From Thermoanaerobaculia bacterium (lineage in GTDB: Bacteria; Acidobacteriota; Thermoanaerobaculia; Multivoradales; Multivoraceae), in the NCBI GenBank assembly GCA_963664405.1, contig OY761158.1, forward strand, positions 6,176,001-6,240,000: a stretch of 64,000 nucleotides of DNA, written 5' to 3'. Positions 60,107-64,000 of this stretch are shown in pieces. Numbering within the stretch: the first letter of the stretch is position 1; each line of letters begins with the position of its first letter. The notes beneath the pieces are model-generated. The model made no database searches and was not told the origin of the DNA. It saw nothing but the letters and a program-made list of their open reading frames with translations. The position numbers and the translations under genes are program-made.

Positions 60107-60740
60107 CTATTTCTTCAGATCGCCGACCGCTGTCGAGGAGGCGCCCCAGTAAAAATACGAGATGGCGCGGCGCGAGCGATCGCTGCGATTCTCTCCCGAC
60201 CAGTGAACGGTGAGGGCGCTGTGGATCAGGGCGTCACCGGGCTGGACCGTGGCCGCAACCGCATCCTCGGAAGCCGTGTCGAAACCGGAGATCGGGAACT
60301 TGTGAGGTTGGTGCGTCTGGTGAGATCCGCGTGCGTAGTAAAGACAGCCGTTTTCGGGATCTGCCGCGTCCAGAGCCAGCCAGATAGTACAGCCGGCCTT
60401 CGGCTCGTGAGCTCTGCCGATCGCGTCCAGGTGGGGGTTCGATACCGGTCGTGGATCCGCTCGGGCGATCGAAAAAGGCCGCGGAGGCCGGTTGCAGGTC
60501 GTCTTCGAGCAGTACCTTCAATAGCTCTACGTGCTTGCCGCGCAGAAGCTGATTCTCGAACCAAGAGTCGTATTTTTCCAGACCCTTGAGGATGCCCTTG
60601 CTCTCCTTCTTTGTGAAGAGCTCGTCGGAGAGCCGCACCGCCCGGTCGCGCAGCTCGGTGAGCTCGGCGGCTGAGAGGTAGTCCGGAATGAGGGCGAAGC
60701 CGTCTCGGTCATAGGCGCGTTTGACCTCTTCGAAGTTCAC
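60107..60740 (-). pseudogene. Phytanoyl-CoA dioxygenase (PhyH) family, +1 frameshift in a C5 run
   Basis: YDRDGF; after the extra base at about 60435: PHLD...WLALD..D.ENGCL...GSH...GDA.IH...VH.S..N.S..RRA. Span of 634 nt is 3n+1. Confidence 0.8.
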
Positions 60741-60825
60741 GATTTTCCTCCACCAAGATGTTACACTGTTCCATGTTTTTCGGAAGCTCCCGCTCCCGCC
60801 ACGTCCTAATCCAGGGATCACCTCA

Positions 60826-63594
60826 ATGGCTTTGCACATCACTGATATCAAGACCGACGACGATGAATTGGAGGTTGTAGGGGGAAAAGGCCGGTCGCTC
60901 GCCAAGCTGGCGAGTGCGGGCTTCAACGTGCCTGGCGGATTTCAGGTCAAGACCTCCGCCTATCGTAGCTTCATCGACGAGAACGGTCTGCAGAGCCGAA
61001 TCTTGGCGTTGGCCAAGCCGGCGGTGGTCTCGGGTCGCGCTTCGTTCGAGCAGGCGTCCAGAGACATCCAACAGCTTTTCGCCGAGCACGATCTCTCGTC
61101 GGCCACCGTCGCGGAGATCACCGGCGCTTACGAGGCGCTCGACGGGTACCCACCCGTTGCGGTGCGCTCGTCCGCCAACGCAGAAGACCTGCCTGGATTG
61201 TCTTTTGCCGGTCAGCAGGAAACCTATCTGAACGTGACCAGCGCGACAGCCGTGGTCGCGGCGGTGAAGAAGTGTTTGGCCTCGCTATGGACCGGGCAGG
61301 CCATCAGCTATCGACACCAGAACGGCATCGATCAAGGTTGTGTCGCTATGGCTGTGGTGGTTCAGATCATGATTCCCTCCTCGGTCTCCGGCATCTTGTT
61401 CACCGCGAACCCGGCAACCGGTGAGCGCTCGGAAGTGATTATCAATGCGAGCTTCGGACTGGGTGAAGCCGTCGTCAGTGGGCAGGTGACACCCGACACC
61501 TACATTGTCGATCGAAATACGCTTGCGGCAAAGGAAACGATCATTGGTCCCAAGGCGCAGAAGATCGTCTCTGACGGCAGTCAGGGAACGAGAATGGAGG
61601 ACATCTCCGAGGCGCAACGCAGCCAGTCGAGCTTGTCCGACGAGATGCTCGTGGAACTGGTTGAAACGGCTCTCGAGATCGAAAAGCTCTACGACGGACT
61701 GCCGCAGGACATCGAATGGGCGTTTTCCGAGGGAAGCGGAGGCAATGCCCTTTCGCTACTGCAGTCTCGTCCCATCACAAATCTGCCCGTACAGCCGATC
61801 GAGTTGACCTGGGAGCTCGAGCCACCGATCAAGATCCTCTTTCGCAGGCAGATTGTCGAGAACATGCCTGACCCGATCTGTCCGTTGTTCGAGGAGCTGT
61901 ATCTGACCGATGGTCTGCTGTCATCGCGACCCAATGCGAGCCGCGCCGACGCCGGCTTTGTCACCTTGAACGGCTACGCCTACAACCGTGCCCAGCCTCC
62001 GGCGGAGCATGCGACAGAAGAGGAGGCGGCTGAAGCGAGGCAGAAGTTTCTGAACAGGGTCAAAGAGGCCATGGAAGACACACCCGAGGCCGCCAAGCAC
62101 GATCTGGATCTGTTCCTTGCAGATCTTTCGAGTGAAGACAGATCTGCACTCGAGGCCGTGGTCGCGGACTATCAAGGGGACGATCTCGCCGGTGATCTCA
62201 CCATGCCGGAGAGCGACAACCCGACCTATATCGCCAACATCAGAGTGCGCAACTGCGACAGGAGATGGCGGGTATGGCAGGAAGAGGCAATGCCACGGTT
62301 GGTGAATACGGCTGAGAAATGGCTCGAGGTCGATCCGGCGACTGCCACTGACGAAACGCTTCTTGCCGGCATCGTCGAGATGGCACGTGAGGAAGGCTGC
62401 TATTGGACTGGCAATACCAGCTCGACCTTTGGCATCGCGAAGTCGACCGATGATCAATTGCAGTGCTTTCTAGCCGAGAATCTACCTGATGAGCATTACA
62501 TCAGCGGTCAGTTTCTCACCGGCTTTGCTTCGAAGAGTATGGAGGCGAATACAAGGCTCTTCGAGATAGCGAAGCTCATTCGTGCCAATGAAGAGCTGAC
62601 CTATCTGCTGATCGTCACACCGCTTCAATTCGTGATGGAGAGATTGCGCCAGCATAATCGAGACAGCGGCGCGGTCCTCGAAGCGATCGACGCGTATCTG
62701 GAGGTCTACGGTCACCAGGGCTATAGCCTGGATTTCATCGAGCCTACCCAACGCGAAGATCCCTCTGCGATGGTTGCGGCATTGAAGACGATGGTGACGG
62801 ATCTCGACTACGATCCTGAAAGCCAGAACATTCGGGCTGCTGCGGTTCGTGACCAGAAATACCACGAGGTTTCTGAGCGACTGTCGGACTTCGCCTTTTG
62901 GCAGTTTCGCTACCGCCTGTGGTTCGCACGACGGTACAACCAGATCAGAGAAGAGACATCTTTCTACTTTGGCTATACCTGGCCCGTATTGCGACCGATG
63001 GCTTTCGAGCTCGGTCAGCGCTTGGTCGACGCGGGAACTTTCTGCACGCGAGAAGACATCTTCTTCATGGTGACCGAGGAGCTGGAGAAGGCTATCGAGG
63101 CGCGGGAGAACGGCCGGTCGCTTGAAGAGCTCGGCAACCTCGCGGCGGAGCGTCGGGAGCTCCGGGAGGCCCGTAAACGACACCATCCGCCGGGGACGGT
63201 ACCCGAGGAAGCCAGCGATATTCCTTCAATCAAGTTCAAGGAGACTCAGATCAAGAACGATGACTCGAGTGACACGATGAACGGATTCGCGGTCAGCTCG
63301 GGAACAGTCACGGGGCGAGCCAGCGTCATTTTGTCTCAGGCAGATTTCGACAAGATGGAGCCCGGCTCTATTCTGGTCGCGCCCAATACAACGCCCGCCT
63401 GGACGCAGCTCTTTTCTCACGCCACCGGACTGGTCACCGATATGGGCAGTATCCTCGCCCATGGTTCGATCGTTGCTCGTGAATACGGCATCCCGGCGGT
63501 ACTGGGGGTCGGTAACGGTACGATCCGAATCAAGCACGGTCAGACCATCTCGATCGACGGCGACGCTGGCACCGTTGTGCTCATGGAGAAGTAG
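60826..63594 (+). CDS. PEP-utilising/PPDK-family phosphotransferase with rifampin-phosphotransferase-like domain order
   Basis: VGGKG, VAVRSSA..EDL...SFAGQ, QDIEWA, QSRPIT; C-terminal His swivel LAHGSIVAREYGIPAV. Confidence 0.88.
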   Translation: MALHITDIKTDDDELEVVGGKGRSLAKLASAGFNVPGGFQVKTSAYRSFIDENGLQSRILALAKPAVVSGRASFEQASRDIQQLFAEHDLSSATVAEITGAYEALDGYPPVAVRSSANAEDLPGLSFAGQQETYLNVTSATAVVAAVKKCLASLWTGQAISYRHQNGIDQGCVAMAVVVQIMIPSSVSGILFTANPATGERSEVIINASFGLGEAVVSGQVTPDTYIVDRNTLAAKETIIGPKAQKIVSDGSQGTRMEDISEAQRSQSSLSDEMLVELVETALEIEKLYDGLPQDIEWAFSEGSGGNALSLLQSRPITNLPVQPIELTWELEPPIKILFRRQIVENMPDPICPLFEELYLTDGLLSSRPNASRADAGFVTLNGYAYNRAQPPAEHATEEEAAEARQKFLNRVKEAMEDTPEAAKHDLDLFLADLSSEDRSALEAVVADYQGDDLAGDLTMPESDNPTYIANIRVRNCDRRWRVWQEEAMPRLVNTAEKWLEVDPATATDETLLAGIVEMAREEGCYWTGNTSSTFGIAKSTDDQLQCFLAENLPDEHYISGQFLTGFASKSMEANTRLFEIAKLIRANEELTYLLIVTPLQFVMERLRQHNRDSGAVLEAIDAYLEVYGHQGYSLDFIEPTQREDPSAMVAALKTMVTDLDYDPESQNIRAAAVRDQKYHEVSERLSDFAFWQFRYRLWFARRYNQIREETSFYFGYTWPVLRPMAFELGQRLVDAGTFCTREDIFFMVTEELEKAIEARENGRSLEELGNLAAERRELREARKRHHPPGTVPEEASDIPSIKFKETQIKNDDSSDTMNGFAVSSGTVTGRASVILSQADFDKMEPGSILVAPNTTPAWTQLFSHATGLVTDMGSILAHGSIVAREYGIPAVLGVGNGTIRIKHGQTISIDGDAGTVVLMEK

Positions 63595-63711
63595 ATTGGC
63601 CGGGCTTTTCCTCTGAACTTGGCACGGTGTTTTAGTATGATCTGGCCGCCGGGGAGTTGGGTCTTCTTCCCCCGAGGGTTGTAGTCGCATAAGAGAGTGG
63701 GAGATCGCATC

Positions 63712-64000
63712 ATGAAGCAGGGCAAGGACGAGCCGAAGGTGAGTCTCCGTGAAGTCAATCTGGCGGCGCGGCGGCAGCGGATCCTCGATGCGGCCAGGAC
63801 TTTGCTTGCCGAAGGTGGAGCCGAGGCCCTCTCGATGCGCAAGCTCGCTCGCGAGGCGCAGTTGAGTGTCACCACCCTTTACAACCTCGTAGGCTCCCGC
63901 GACGAAATCCTCGAGGCGCTGATCGAGGATTCGGCCGAACGTGTCGGCTCGACAGCCGAGGTGGCCAAACACCCAAAAGACCCGGTGTCCCGGCTCCGGG
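63712..64000 (+). CDS. TetR family regulator, runs off the window
   Basis: RRQRILDAARTLLAEGG.EALSMRKLAREAQLSVTTLYNL. Confidence 0.85.
   Translation, partial: MKQGKDEPKVSLREVNLAARRQRILDAARTLLAEGGAEALSMRKLAREAQLSVTTLYNLVGSRDEILEALIEDSAERVGSTAEVAKHPKDPVSRLR

Overview
GC-rich bacterial accessory region. The gene content (Oar-type TonB-dependent receptors, DUF3604 proteins, Tat-lipoprotein sulfatases, sigma-54 promoters) suggests Acidobacteriota or similar; this is an inference. Catabolic and redox genes are interleaved with many mobile elements: an rve-type DDE transposon, a RAYT-like HUH transposase, IS1182, a tandem ISAzo13 dimer, a group II intron and MITEs. There are seven toxin-antitoxin (TA) modules and several pseudogenes. 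Main observations: (1) At 35.2-40.4 kb, four unrelated TA operons lie in tandem, each followed by a 15-bp direct repeat TATTCGGCTGGCACC. A group II intron sits exactly inside one copy of that repeat and its putative EBS1 loop (UGCCA) is complementary to it, giving an integron-like cassette array with no attC and no adjacent integrase. (2) Five CTAG-bounded, ERIC-like hairpin elements share a covarying core but carry four different terminal repeats; one sits in frame inside a signal peptide. (3) A peroxiredoxin has an in-frame UGA at its catalytic position followed by a SECIS-like hairpin. (4) IS1182 separates a sigma-54 promoter from its conserved upstream sites. No rRNA, tRNA or CRISPR array was seen. 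All calls come from reading the sequence; no searches were run.
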